Positions 1 to 9,781 of a stretch of DNA of 38,965 nucleotides are shown in pieces (the stretch's first letter is position 1; the number at the start of each line of letters is the position of its first letter). Under the pieces are notes generated by a model. The model was not told the origin of the DNA, searched no databases, and saw only the letters and a program-made list of their open reading frames with translations. The stretch is from Folioceros fuciformis (Eukaryota), in contig JBNGIO010004078.1 in the NCBI GenBank assembly GCA_049999805.1, positions 1-38,965 on the forward strand. Reading direction: 5' to 3'. The position numbers and the translations under genes were made by a program.

Positions 1-473
1 CAGGCCTTATTAATGACATGAGAAATCAGACATGAGGTTAAAGTAGGGCAGGAAATTTAGAGGAAAACTGTTGAAAAATGAAGGTGAACAAATGCGGCAA
101 GTTGAAGGAATTGCAGAGAGGTGCCAGTTGTGACCCGATCGCTTTTGATTAAAATGGCCCCCGCATCCCCTTGGGCCTTCAACGTACCTGAGAGCTGGGG
201 AGCTTGCGGCCAGTTTTCTTACGCTGTACGCTGCATGCGGAGCTGCTTGTCCATCTTCACACTGGGCAAAGGGGCGGGTCCTGCCTTCTTGCTCCGGGCG
301 TCTCTCCACCACCATCGTTGAAGGAAGTTCTGAAACTAGGCTGGCACCGGCGGCATCTTTGCGGAGCTCGGCTGTTGTGTTGCAGCGTGAGCTTCCTGCC
401 ACCTTGCTGCATTCTTGCTCCAGGGCGTGCACATTATTATGTAAATTCGGCGGGAACGCAAATTCCAGCACGC

Positions 474-1536
474 ATGGGGTGTATTGGGTCCCGCCCCAAG
501 GGGCGTGATGGTAAGCACGTGCATGCTTGGTCGCCAATTTCAGGGCCGGTGCTGCTTCTGCAGCCTTGTTGTATCTTGCTTGGGGCGATCTCTGTGCGGG
601 ATCTGTGTTTGGCGGCCGGAATTCCGGTCTGCTTGGTGCTGTGAAAGGGATGTTGGTTTGAGCTTCCGCTCGTAGCTCGGAGTTTAGTGTGGAGAGTTGG
701 ATCGACCGGTAGGGCTCGGAATTCGGGTTTCTCCCTGACCGTGCCTGCGGAGCTAATGCTTTTGTGTGAATTGCCCGGAGAGGCAGAACGCACATGCAAG
801 AGCCCGGGCGTACGGTGCTTGAGTCTTAAGAGCATGCTGGTGCCGGGTGCTGTTATTTGGTGATTCTTTTGGGAAGCTGCATGGCCAGCAGCCCGTGACT
901 TAGCTCAGCAAGAAAAAACCAGACTACTGTCTCTCACTTTTGTGGAGCCAAGCTTTGGGGTCTCTCTGCATGTGCAGCTTCTGCGGTGTGCTTGCGGGTA
1001 ACATGATGCATCATGATTGTGATATCCAGGTCAGCAGCCGAAGAAGCTGAAAAAGCCCAAGCCGTGGATGTCGGAGGATCCCATCAATCGTGTGCAGCTG
1101 ATGCAAAAGCGGGAAGAGTTTTGGGACACTGCACCTCATTATGGAGGACAAAGAGGTTGTTTTGCTGTCCGTGGAAGTGGCCTGGCGTATGCTCCAATCC
1201 TTCGTTTCAAACTAACGCAATGGCTAATGGCTAAACCGCAGAAATATGGGATGCTCTTAGAGCGGCAGCTGAGGCTGACTTGTCCCTTGCCCAAGCTATT
1301 GTGGACAGTGCTGGAATCATAGTCACTAGTGAAGATCTGTCGACTTGCTATGACGAAAGAGGTACATGTTTGTTTGCTTTCCAGTGTGCGTGTGTGTGTT
1401 TTCATACCTCAAGTGTGTGTCCAACGGACTTGGTCCTTGCGATGGTTTTGAATCCAAGTGTTTGCGTTGTGCAGGTGCAAAGTATGACCTCCCGAAGTAT
1501 GTGATATCGGAGCCAGCTAATCTGAAGGAAAACTAG
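474..1536 (+). CDS. Ubiquitin domain-containing protein (UBTD1/2, DC-UbP N-terminal-domain family; similar to Arabidopsis At1g53400), 114 aa, 4 exons: 474-510, 1030-1155, 1242-1361, 1475-1536
   Basis: GT-AG introns give an in-frame splice: MGCIGSRPKGRDGQQPKKLKKPKPWMSEDPINRVQLMQKREEFWDTAPHYGGQREIWDALRAAAEADLSLAQAIVDSAGIIVTSEDLSTCYDERGAKYDLPKYVISEPANLKEN*. It contains the family signatures REEFWDTAPHYGG, EIWDALRAA and CYDERGAKY.LP, plus an N-terminal MGC acylation motif. Confidence 0.93.
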
Positions 1537-2389
1537 GGCTGAGGTCCTTGGGATTTCCTTCTCTGCCGTCAAGGGCCCCTTTTCGTTGTCAGTTCCCAGA
1601 AATTCTTTTTCCCGTCCTCGCCTGGAGGCTCAGTGGGTGTTGGTCTACACCGTAGAATTGCAAGCAGGGCAGAGATTGAGCTGTTGATACTGTCCACGAG
1701 ACAGAACTCGTTAGACTGAGCACATACCCGTTTGTTGCCTCATGTACATCTAGAGATCTACTCACCATAGAAACAAAGTTAGCGGCTTGGCCCACTGTCA
1801 AGGCGAGGGTACTGACTTGGAGGACTAAACGAAGCCCACGCTTCCTCCCTAAGTGTTTATAATGGGAAGCCTGGGAAACTTAGAACGTAGTCATCTTATT
1901 TGTTTGATATGCGGTACCAGTTGCTGTAAGTGGCAGCTTCGTGGTCTTTGTTGGAGAACCATCTCGGAAGAACTCCAGAGACATTTCACTGTGTTTTTTC
2001 TGCTAGGGGCTGTTTTAAGAGGCTTGTTTTATTAGATTACTGCATGGGCTAGAGTCGATGTGTGTGAACGAGGGAAAACAGAAGCAGAAGTGGTCCTCTT
2101 TCGGACTTCTGATAAGGCTATCCATCGTGCCGCCCTTAGCGGTTATAACTGGTGAGCGGAAACGAGCTTGAAATAGTGCCTTGCTTTGAGAAGCCCTTTC
2201 AGTAGAAGGCAGGCATCTGAGAATGCGTAGGCCCGAGGAATCGCCGACGCCATCTCCCCACAGCCCCGGGGACGGTACCGTGGTCGCACTCGTCACGTGA
2301 TTGTACCCACAACCTGCTCTTCATCTCCACGGACACCTCTGTAGCTCGGACCATCGTACTGTGCATACATACTTCGGGGACACTGCAGG

Positions 2390-2970
2390 CTCAGGCATGA
2401 ACTTCTGTGTTGCCAACCCCCTGACGCAGACTGTGACGCTGGAGGTGAAGGATCCTCCCGGCGCGCATTTCAAGCTCACGGTGGTCTGCGTGCATGCCTG
2501 CAAGCTTAAGATGGATCAGCAGAGGCTGGCTGCCATAACGTACGTACTTCTCCCGATTTGACTGATGGGAATGAACCTACTTTCGGGACAAAAATCGGTG
2601 GTATCTGGTTCCTGAGCTGAACCAGTGTCCAATACCTCGTCTGCAGAGGGTTCATGTACGTTTTGCTAAGGATGATACCCATGTGCACTCCACGGATGGT
2701 GGGGAGCAGGTGCGGAAGCGTTCTCGTATGGAGAATCAGAATTCAGGTGGTCTGAATTGTACCAGAAAGGTGCTTGAGCATTGTGGAGAAATATGCTTTG
2801 TGGGAGACACCACTAGCTTCAAGTTGCTCAGCCGTGGCACCTGGCATTTGAATTTGTGCAGTCTTACGTGGGAGTCCCTCTCGCTCTTGCCTGCCTCCTT
2901 ACAAAGCGAGTTGGCAGAGATGTGCCGAGAAGGCCAACGGAAATATCTGAGAATGGACGGTGCTGTCTAA
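2390..2970 (+). pseudogene. Possible decayed F-box/kelch-associated-domain gene fragment
   Basis: Interrupted frames give ordered fragments FCVANPLTQ, HFKLTVV, LVCRGFMYVL, KVLEHCGEICFVG and WHLNLCSLTWESLSLLP. These resemble the VCNPLT / FKVV / cnG.lY / lve.gGeL.lV / W.l....W.ev..mP pattern of plant F-box C-terminal domains. No F-box motif or intact ORF was seen. Confidence 0.35.
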
Positions 2971-3329
2971 ATAGCATCTCCTACCCAAGTGGTGTGTGGC
3001 TTGCCCACGTTCACACACCCATCTCGCGATGGTTATAAGGTTTGCAAACCCAGCGTAATGCCCACACAGTACATAGGCAAGTATACCTAGATGCAGCGGT
3101 AAATTCGAAAAGAAAGCACTGTCTCCGGCAGGTGTACGGCGAGTTTAGAAGCTTAGCTTCTGACAGTACCTCCGGCTATACTACACACGGGCTGCTCAAG
3201 GAAGACAGTTGCAATGACGTTGCAAATAGGATAATGTTCAGGACAAATCATCCATGCAACGCTGATACAACTTCATGTCACGTCGCCTTCCTGCCACGTC
3301 AATCGGCAAGGAAACATATGCTACCAGCC

Positions 3330-3574
3330 CCTTACCCTTGAAATACCCAAAATGGCTTGTCTTATGGAAAGATAAAGAAGTGCACATTCGTCTGTGCAGT
3401 GACTGTCGACGCCCACACGAGGGAGCCGGGTTGCGGAACGGCCAGCTCAATATTCACCAGCATCGAAAGCTGTGGAAACCCACGAGTACAATCTGTTCGC
3501 TAAAAAAACAAAATCTTCATTGCCAGCATCAGGTAGATCCTGATACGTCGCCTTCCTTCAATTTGAGCGTACAG
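3330..3574 (-). pseudogene. Decayed DYW-domain coding remnant downstream of the PPR-1 stop codon
   Basis: After the TAG, shifting frames read KLKEG, QDLPDAGNED, CFFSEQIVL and RVGVDSH. These are colinear with the DYW consensus KMKEEGY, DIPDDEKED, CGHSEKLAL and RVCxDCH. Confidence 0.55.
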
Positions 3575-6500
3575 CTAGATTAGCGTAGGATGCTCTTTGA
3601 ACCCAACGAGAAAACTGTGAACCTGTCCGGCCATGTCTGTCCACCAGCTCCGACCTGGCTCCTTCCATGCCCTGATTCGTTTTCTCCTAGCCTGCATCTC
3701 CTGTGCCTGCTCCCACATTTGAGCATCGGTGTATATGTTCAACATCAACACATACGCTGCTGAATCTTTCTGGTCTAGTTTAACAGCTTCATGAAAAGCA
3801 CTGCATCCCACCTCCACGTTGCTCCACTTTCTGCACGCAGCCAAGAGCGTGTGCCAGACTGCAGCATTAGGCGGTATAGGCATGCTCCTTATCAAAGCTA
3901 GTGCTTCATCCAGTTGCCCTGAACGACCAAGGAGGTCCACCATGCATGTGTAGTGGTCCGCTGTTGGCTTGATGCCGTACTGTTTGCTCATTACCTCAAA
4001 GTACTCTCGCCCCTTATCCACTAGACCCGTGTGACTGCACACTGTCAGCACACTCAAGAACGTAATTCTGTCTGGCTGTATGCCATCCTCTCTCATTCTG
4101 ACAACCAAGTCGAAGACACTGTTGCAGTCCCCTTGACGGGTATATCCGCCAATGAGTGCATTCCAGGCAACGACATCTTTCTCAGGCAGTGCCTGAAACA
4201 CATGCTGCGCTTCCACCATGCTACTGCATTTTCCATACATGTCTATCAAACTGACCGCCACAAGCACATCAGCTTGAAGTCCCTGTTCTGTAATCTGTGC
4301 ATGAAGCTGCCTTCCCAGATGCAAAGCCGCCACACTGGCACATGCCTGGAGGAGGCACGCAAATGTCACACAGTTGGGTGCAACACTGCCTTCTTCTTCC
4401 ATAGCCCTGTACAGGCGAAGCGCGTCATGGCCCATGCCCTGCTGAGAATAGCCAGCTATCATGGCACTCCACATTGCTACATCCTTCTGAACAAGGCCAT
4501 CAAACATGCCCCGGGCTTCCTCTAGGCTGCCACACTTCGCATACATATTTATCAAACTGCTGACAATGAACACGTCAGTTTCCAGTCCTTGTTCTCTAAT
4601 TTGTGAATGAAGCTGACGCCCATTTTCCAAAGCCAGGGAGCCCACACTGGCACATGCCTGAAGAAGGGACAAAAATGTCCCGGAATTGGGTGCAGCCATC
4701 CTTTCGTTCCTCATGGCACTGAGAAGATGAAATGCTTTCAGTCCCAATCCCTTCCGGGAATATCCCGCTATCATCACATTCCATGTCACCACGTCTTTGT
4801 GAGGAAGTCTGTGAAACAGGGCCTCAGCATCATCCAGGCTGCCGCATTTCACGTACATGTTTACCAAACTGTTGGCTATGAACGAATCAGCCTGAAGCCC
4901 TCGTTCTCCTATCTGTGCATGCAACTGCTTCCCCCTCGTCAAAGCTGGGGTGCCCACACTTGCGCATGCCTGCAGGAGGGACACAAATGTCACAGAATCA
5001 GGTGCACGCATGCCTTCTTCTTGCATAGTTTTGTATAGATCCAGGGCTTCCTGCCCCATTCCCTGCTGGGAGTATGCCGCTATCATGGCATTCCACGTCA
5101 CCACATCTTTCCGATCAAGTTCATTAAACACACTCTCAGCATCCTCTAGGCTACCGCACTTTGCATACATGTTAACCAAACTGTTGGCTGCAAACTGATT
5201 CCCTTCAAGTCTGCCTTCTCTAATTTTTACATGGAGGTCCTTCCCATCCTTCAGAGCTGGGTTCCCCACAGTTGCACATGCATGGAGGAGGCACACAATC
5301 GTCACAGAATTGGGCGTCACAATGCCATCTCCTTGCATAGCCCTGTAAAGACTAAGGGCCTCCTGCCCCATGCCCAGCTGGGAGTAACCTGCTATCATGG
5401 CATTCCACGTCACTAAATTCTTCTCGCGAAGGTTATCGAAGACACCTTGAGCATCCTCTAGGCTCCCGCACTTTGCATACATGGTAACCAAACTGCTGAC
5501 AACAAAAGCATGAGATTGAAGTCCTTGTTCTCTTATTAGCCAATGTAGCTGCCTTCCCGTCTGCAAAGCCTGCGTGCCCACGCTTGCACATGCCTGCAGC
5601 AGGCACACAAATGTCACAGAATCAGGTGGAGCCATGCCATCGTCTTGCATTGCAGTAAAAAGACTAAGGGCTTCCTTACCCATGCCTTGCTGGGAATAGC
5701 CTGCTATCATGGCATTCCAGGTCACCACATCTTTCTGACGCACCCCGTCAAAGACCCTTTTGGCTTCTGCCAAACTGCCACACTTTGCATACATGTCCAC
5801 CAAGCAATTGCAGACAAACAAATCAGCCTCAAAACCAGTAGCCACGACATCAGAGTGCACCTGCTGCCCAGATTCCAAGTCGACTCCCATCGCACACGCC
5901 TGCAGAGCTGCTACAAACACATGGCTATTTGGTTTCACACCGGACCTGCGCATTTGACGATAAAGTTGCATGGCCTTCCTGTCCTGCCCCTGCTTTACAT
6001 GAGCAGAAATAATCGCAGACCAAGTGAAAACATCTGGCTTGGCTACCATACTGAACACATCCACAGCCTCTTGTAACCTGGAAAAAGAATTATACATCCG
6101 CAGGATATGATTGCACAAGAACGTATCCGACTCGTACCCCGTCGTCACGGAGAGAGAATGAACAAGGCGGCCAAGCCGCAAATCCTTGGTACCCACACAC
6201 TGTTTCAGAACAACATAAAACACGTGTTTGGAAATTTGACAACCTGTGTGAACCAGCAATCTCAGGACCTCCACGGCCCCGGCAAGCTGGCCCTGCTGAC
6301 ATATTCGCATCACACTACTTTCGTATCCGGCAGGCCTGCCAGGGTCTCCATCAGCCGGTACGCTTGAGTGGGAGGTCCAGTCTCTGCAAGACAGCTGCAC
6401 ATCCACAGCACCGATCTGCGCATCCGGCCCAACCCAACCATTGAATCTGTGTACCCTGAAGACCTGCTGCAATGAGTCCTTTTCCCTGAAGGCAGGAAAG

Positions 6501-6604
6501 TAAAAGCTCTTCTCATGCTGCGCATCACGGGGTCCACACGAATTTGTGGACACACGAGCTCCCGGCGACGACCCGCGCTGCAGGATCCGTCTCCATCCAG
6601 ACAT
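3575..6604 (-). CDS. PPR-1: PLS-class pentatricopeptide repeat protein (6 P1-L1-S1 triplets + P2-L2-S2, E1, E2, WW-type PG box, truncated DYW); putative organellar RNA-editing factor
   Basis: Intronless ORF; the track start at 6655 is TTG and the first in-frame ATG is at 6604. It has repeated DVVTWNAMIAGY / VTFV.LLQACA / SLV.MYAKCGSL motifs, HYTCMVDLLGR (S2), WHTLLAAC (E1) and AAYVLMLNIY (E2), and ends KEPGRSWWTD..VHSFLVG..*. Confidence 0.93.
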   Translation of the reverse strand: MSGWRRILQRGSSPGARVSTNSCGPRDAQHEKSFYFPAFREKDSLQQVFRVHRFNGWVGPDAQIGAVDVQLSCRDWTSHSSVPADGDPGRPAGYESSVMRICQQGQLAGAVEVLRLLVHTGCQISKHVFYVVLKQCVGTKDLRLGRLVHSLSVTTGYESDTFLCNHILRMYNSFSRLQEAVDVFSMVAKPDVFTWSAIISAHVKQGQDRKAMQLYRQMRRSGVKPNSHVFVAALQACAMGVDLESGQQVHSDVVATGFEADLFVCNCLVDMYAKCGSLAEAKRVFDGVRQKDVVTWNAMIAGYSQQGMGKEALSLFTAMQDDGMAPPDSVTFVCLLQACASVGTQALQTGRQLHWLIREQGLQSHAFVVSSLVTMYAKCGSLEDAQGVFDNLREKNLVTWNAMIAGYSQLGMGQEALSLYRAMQGDGIVTPNSVTIVCLLHACATVGNPALKDGKDLHVKIREGRLEGNQFAANSLVNMYAKCGSLEDAESVFNELDRKDVVTWNAMIAAYSQQGMGQEALDLYKTMQEEGMRAPDSVTFVSLLQACASVGTPALTRGKQLHAQIGERGLQADSFIANSLVNMYVKCGSLDDAEALFHRLPHKDVVTWNVMIAGYSRKGLGLKAFHLLSAMRNERMAAPNSGTFLSLLQACASVGSLALENGRQLHSQIREQGLETDVFIVSSLINMYAKCGSLEEARGMFDGLVQKDVAMWSAMIAGYSQQGMGHDALRLYRAMEEEGSVAPNCVTFACLLQACASVAALHLGRQLHAQITEQGLQADVLVAVSLIDMYGKCSSMVEAQHVFQALPEKDVVAWNALIGGYTRQGDCNSVFDLVVRMREDGIQPDRITFLSVLTVCSHTGLVDKGREYFEVMSKQYGIKPTADHYTCMVDLLGRSGQLDEALALIRSMPIPPNAAVWHTLLAACRKWSNVEVGCSAFHEAVKLDQKDSAAYVLMLNIYTDAQMWEQAQEMQARRKRIRAWKEPGRSWWTDMAGQVHSFLVGFKEHPTLI

Positions 6605-6960
6605 CCTCTTGGACGCGCTAAGCACCCTATCCTCAGAAAATGCGGCATTTCGCAAATTCCGACGGTTGATTCGTTTGGGTCATCTACATTCCCGACAGCC
6701 ATGGCTCGCACATAGTCTGCCACTCCGCATTCCTGAAATTCCGGTGGGAGTACCTTCCCCATCATCTCCACTCCGGCACTTGGGCAAGAGGAGAGAAGTC
6801 CTGAGTACCTCTAGGACCTTCATCTTCGGGGAGCCCTAGCCTGCATTCGCAACCGAGACCATCGAGGCCCACCGCGTAGCCAGAGCCGCTAGCTCCCAGA
6901 AAGCTTCCTCCCGGATGTTCCAGAAGAATACCCGATAAAGAGGGCAGCACGAATCAATTT

Positions 6961-9708
6961 TTAGGCTTTTGCCCCAACCAGAAACCCATGCACCCGTCCA
7001 TCCATGTCTGTCCACCAGCTCTGGCCCGGCTGCTTCCATGCCTTTATGCTCGTTCTCCTCGATTGCATCTCCAGTGCCTGCTCCCACATCTGGGCACCAG
7101 TGTATATGTTTGACATGAGCACATAGGCTGCAGCATCTTTCTTGTCAAGCGTCACTGCTTCATAGAAGGCATGGCATCCCACTTCCACATTATTCCACTT
7201 TTGGCAAGCGCCCAAGAGAGTGTGCCAAATTGCAGCATTGGGCTGTAGAGGCATTGTTCTCACGACATCTAGTGCTTCGTCCAGTTCTCCTGCACGACCC
7301 AGGAGATCCACCATGCATGTGTAGTGGTCCGCCGTGCGCGTGATGTTGTAATGGCTGCTCATGGACTCAAAGTGCTCTCGACCCTTGTCCACTAGACCCA
7401 TGTGACTGCACGCTGTCAGTACACTAAGGAACGTGACGCCGTCTGGCAGTATGCCATCCTCCATCATTCGGAAAAACAATCCAAAGACCACTTTAGAATC
7501 CCCTTGGCGGGTGTATCCTGCAATTAGTGCATTCCAGACGGCAACGTCTCGTTTGTGCAATGCTTGGAATACCTGCTGTGCATCAACCATACTACCGCAC
7601 TTCCCATACATGTTTATCAAACTGCCAGGTACAAGCCCATGGCCTTCAAGCCCTTGATCTTTGATTTGAGCATGAAGCTGCCTTCCCAGGTCCAAAGCTG
7701 CCAAATTTGCACATGCCTGAAGGAGGCACACAAATGTCAAGGAATTCGGTGGAACTAAGCCTTCTTCTTTCATAGTCCTGTAAAGACAAAGGGTGTCCTG
7801 ACCCATGCCCTCCTGGGAATATCCTGCTATCATGGCATTCCACGTCACCACATCTTTTCGGCCAAGGTTGTCGAACACCACCCGGGCATCCCTTAGACTC
7901 CCACACTTGGCGTACATGCTTACCAAGCTGCTGGCTACAAACACATCAGCCTGAAGTCCTAGCTCTCGAATCTGTGTATGAAGCTGCCTCCCTTTCTGCA
8001 AGGCCGGAGTACCCACACTTGCACAAGCCTGCAGAAGGGAAGCAAATGTCACAGAATTGGGTGCAGACATTCCTTCTTGTTGCATTGCACTGAGAAGAGA
8101 AAGGGCTTCCAGTCCCATGCCCTTCTGTGCATATCCTGCTATCATGGCATTCCACGTGACAACATCTTTCTGAGCAAGTCTGTCAAACATGCCCTGAGCA
8201 TCCTCTAGAGAACCACACTTTGCATACATGTTCACTAGACTGTTGGCTACCACCGCATTTGCTTCAAGTCTTTGCTCTCTAACTTGTGCATGAAGCTGCT
8301 TCCCCTTCTCCAAAGCTGGGATGCCCACAATTGCACATGCTTGCAAGAGGCACACAAAAGTCACAGAATTGGGTCTCACGACACCTTCTGCTTGCATGGC
8401 CTTGTAAAGAGCAAGGGCATCCTGCACCATACCCTCCTGGGAATATCCCGCTATCATGGCATTCCATGTAACCACATCTTTTTGAAGAAGACCATCAAAT
8501 AAGCCCCTAGCATCCTTGAGGGTGCCACACTTTGCATACATGTTCACCAAGCTGTTGGCTACAAACACGTCATCGTGAAGTCCTCGTTCTTTGATTTGTG
8601 CATAAAGGTGAGTTCCCTTCTCCAAAGCCCTGATTCCTAGACTTGCACATGCCTGCAGGAGGGAAACAAATGTCACAGAATCGGGTGCAACGATGCCCTC
8701 CTCTTGCATGGCACTATACAGACGAAGGGCTTCCTGACCCCTGTCCTGCTGGGCATACGCGGCTATCATGACATTCCAAGTCACCACATCTTTTTGAGCA
8801 AGCCCGTAAAACACACTCTGAGCATCGTCCAAGCTGCCACACTTTGCATACATGTCCACCAAGCTACTACAGACAAACAAGTCAGGCTCGGCATCAGTAA
8901 TCAACACGTCAGCATGCACCTGTTGTCCACATTCCAAGTCTCCTCCCCTCACACAAGCCTGAAGTGCAGCTACAAACACATGGCCATTTGGCTTCAGGCT
9001 CGTCTTGCGCATTCTATGATATAGCTGTCTGGCCTGCCTATCTTGCCCGTGTCTAACATGGGCAGAAATTATGGCAGCCCAAGTAAACGCATCTGGTTTG
9101 AGAACCATATCGAATGCATCCATAGCTTCCTGCAGCCTGGCATTATGAGCATACATTCGCAAGATATGGTTGCACAAAAACGTATTTGACTCGTATCTCT
9201 TCTTCACGGTGAGAGCATGAACACGGCGACCTAGAGACAGATCCCGCTTGGCTCCACATTCCTTCAGCACCATACAAATGAGAGCGGTTGACAGCTGACA
9301 GCCTGTTAAGGCAAGAACTCCCAGGGCTTCTACCGTTTCAGTGAGCTGCCCCTGCTGACACAGTTTCCTCACAGTTTCAGCATTTGGGCATTTCCAGTTG
9401 AATGCATGAACACCACCACCAATGGGATTGTTATGGCGGTCGGCCAGCGATCGGGTACCACTATGCTGCTGCCGGCTACCCCTATGAAGTCCACGGCTAG
9501 AAAAAAATCTTGGACTTGGTCGCTGGAGCACCCATCGCCCACAACACATCATCTGTCTCTTTGAGGCGTCGTCGAATGTTGGTTGTGGGTGACTGAAAGA
9601 GAAAATTACGTGCGAGTCTGTAGATTTGAAGCAGTCGTCCCGTGCCGGTTTCTGTTGATTGCCACACTGCCGCAGGCAGCTTTCACGGGCAAGGACGTTC
9701 CCTTCCAT
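6961..9708 (-). CDS. PPR-2: PLS-class PPR protein (5 P1-L1-S1 triplets + P2-L2-S2, E1, E2, WW-type PG box, truncated DYW)
   Basis: Intronless 915-aa ORF with the same PLS motifs, ending KQPGQSWWTDMDGRVHGFLVGAKA*. The true start may be the ATG at 9552, which gives an Arg/Ser-rich presequence-like N-terminus (MMCCGRWVLQRPSPRFFSSRGLHR). Confidence 0.93.
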   Translation of the reverse strand: MEGNVLARESCLRQCGNQQKPARDDCFKSTDSHVIFSFSHPQPTFDDASKRQMMCCGRWVLQRPSPRFFSSRGLHRGSRQQHSGTRSLADRHNNPIGGGVHAFNWKCPNAETVRKLCQQGQLTETVEALGVLALTGCQLSTALICMVLKECGAKRDLSLGRRVHALTVKKRYESNTFLCNHILRMYAHNARLQEAMDAFDMVLKPDAFTWAAIISAHVRHGQDRQARQLYHRMRKTSLKPNGHVFVAALQACVRGGDLECGQQVHADVLITDAEPDLFVCSSLVDMYAKCGSLDDAQSVFYGLAQKDVVTWNVMIAAYAQQDRGQEALRLYSAMQEEGIVAPDSVTFVSLLQACASLGIRALEKGTHLYAQIKERGLHDDVFVANSLVNMYAKCGTLKDARGLFDGLLQKDVVTWNAMIAGYSQEGMVQDALALYKAMQAEGVVRPNSVTFVCLLQACAIVGIPALEKGKQLHAQVREQRLEANAVVANSLVNMYAKCGSLEDAQGMFDRLAQKDVVTWNAMIAGYAQKGMGLEALSLLSAMQQEGMSAPNSVTFASLLQACASVGTPALQKGRQLHTQIRELGLQADVFVASSLVSMYAKCGSLRDARVVFDNLGRKDVVTWNAMIAGYSQEGMGQDTLCLYRTMKEEGLVPPNSLTFVCLLQACANLAALDLGRQLHAQIKDQGLEGHGLVPGSLINMYGKCGSMVDAQQVFQALHKRDVAVWNALIAGYTRQGDSKVVFGLFFRMMEDGILPDGVTFLSVLTACSHMGLVDKGREHFESMSSHYNITRTADHYTCMVDLLGRAGELDEALDVVRTMPLQPNAAIWHTLLGACQKWNNVEVGCHAFYEAVTLDKKDAAAYVLMSNIYTGAQMWEQALEMQSRRTSIKAWKQPGQSWWTDMDGRVHGFLVGAKA

Positions 9709-9781
9709 TTATCGAGGTGGGTCTCCACGATAACTGGCCCATTGTTGAGTGGCCACCGACGATCTGCCATGGGATCCTCAC

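Noticed and set aside
10-835. 261-aa and 132-aa minus-strand ORFs
   Set aside because: They are antisense to the promoter, exon 1 and intron 1 of the UBTD-like gene and contain no recognisable motifs.
6518-6528. An 11-nt GT...AG segment (minus strand) whose removal would restore the ancestral MAV frame of PPR-1
   Set aside because: Far too short for a spliceosomal intron; a deletion frameshift explains the alignment better.
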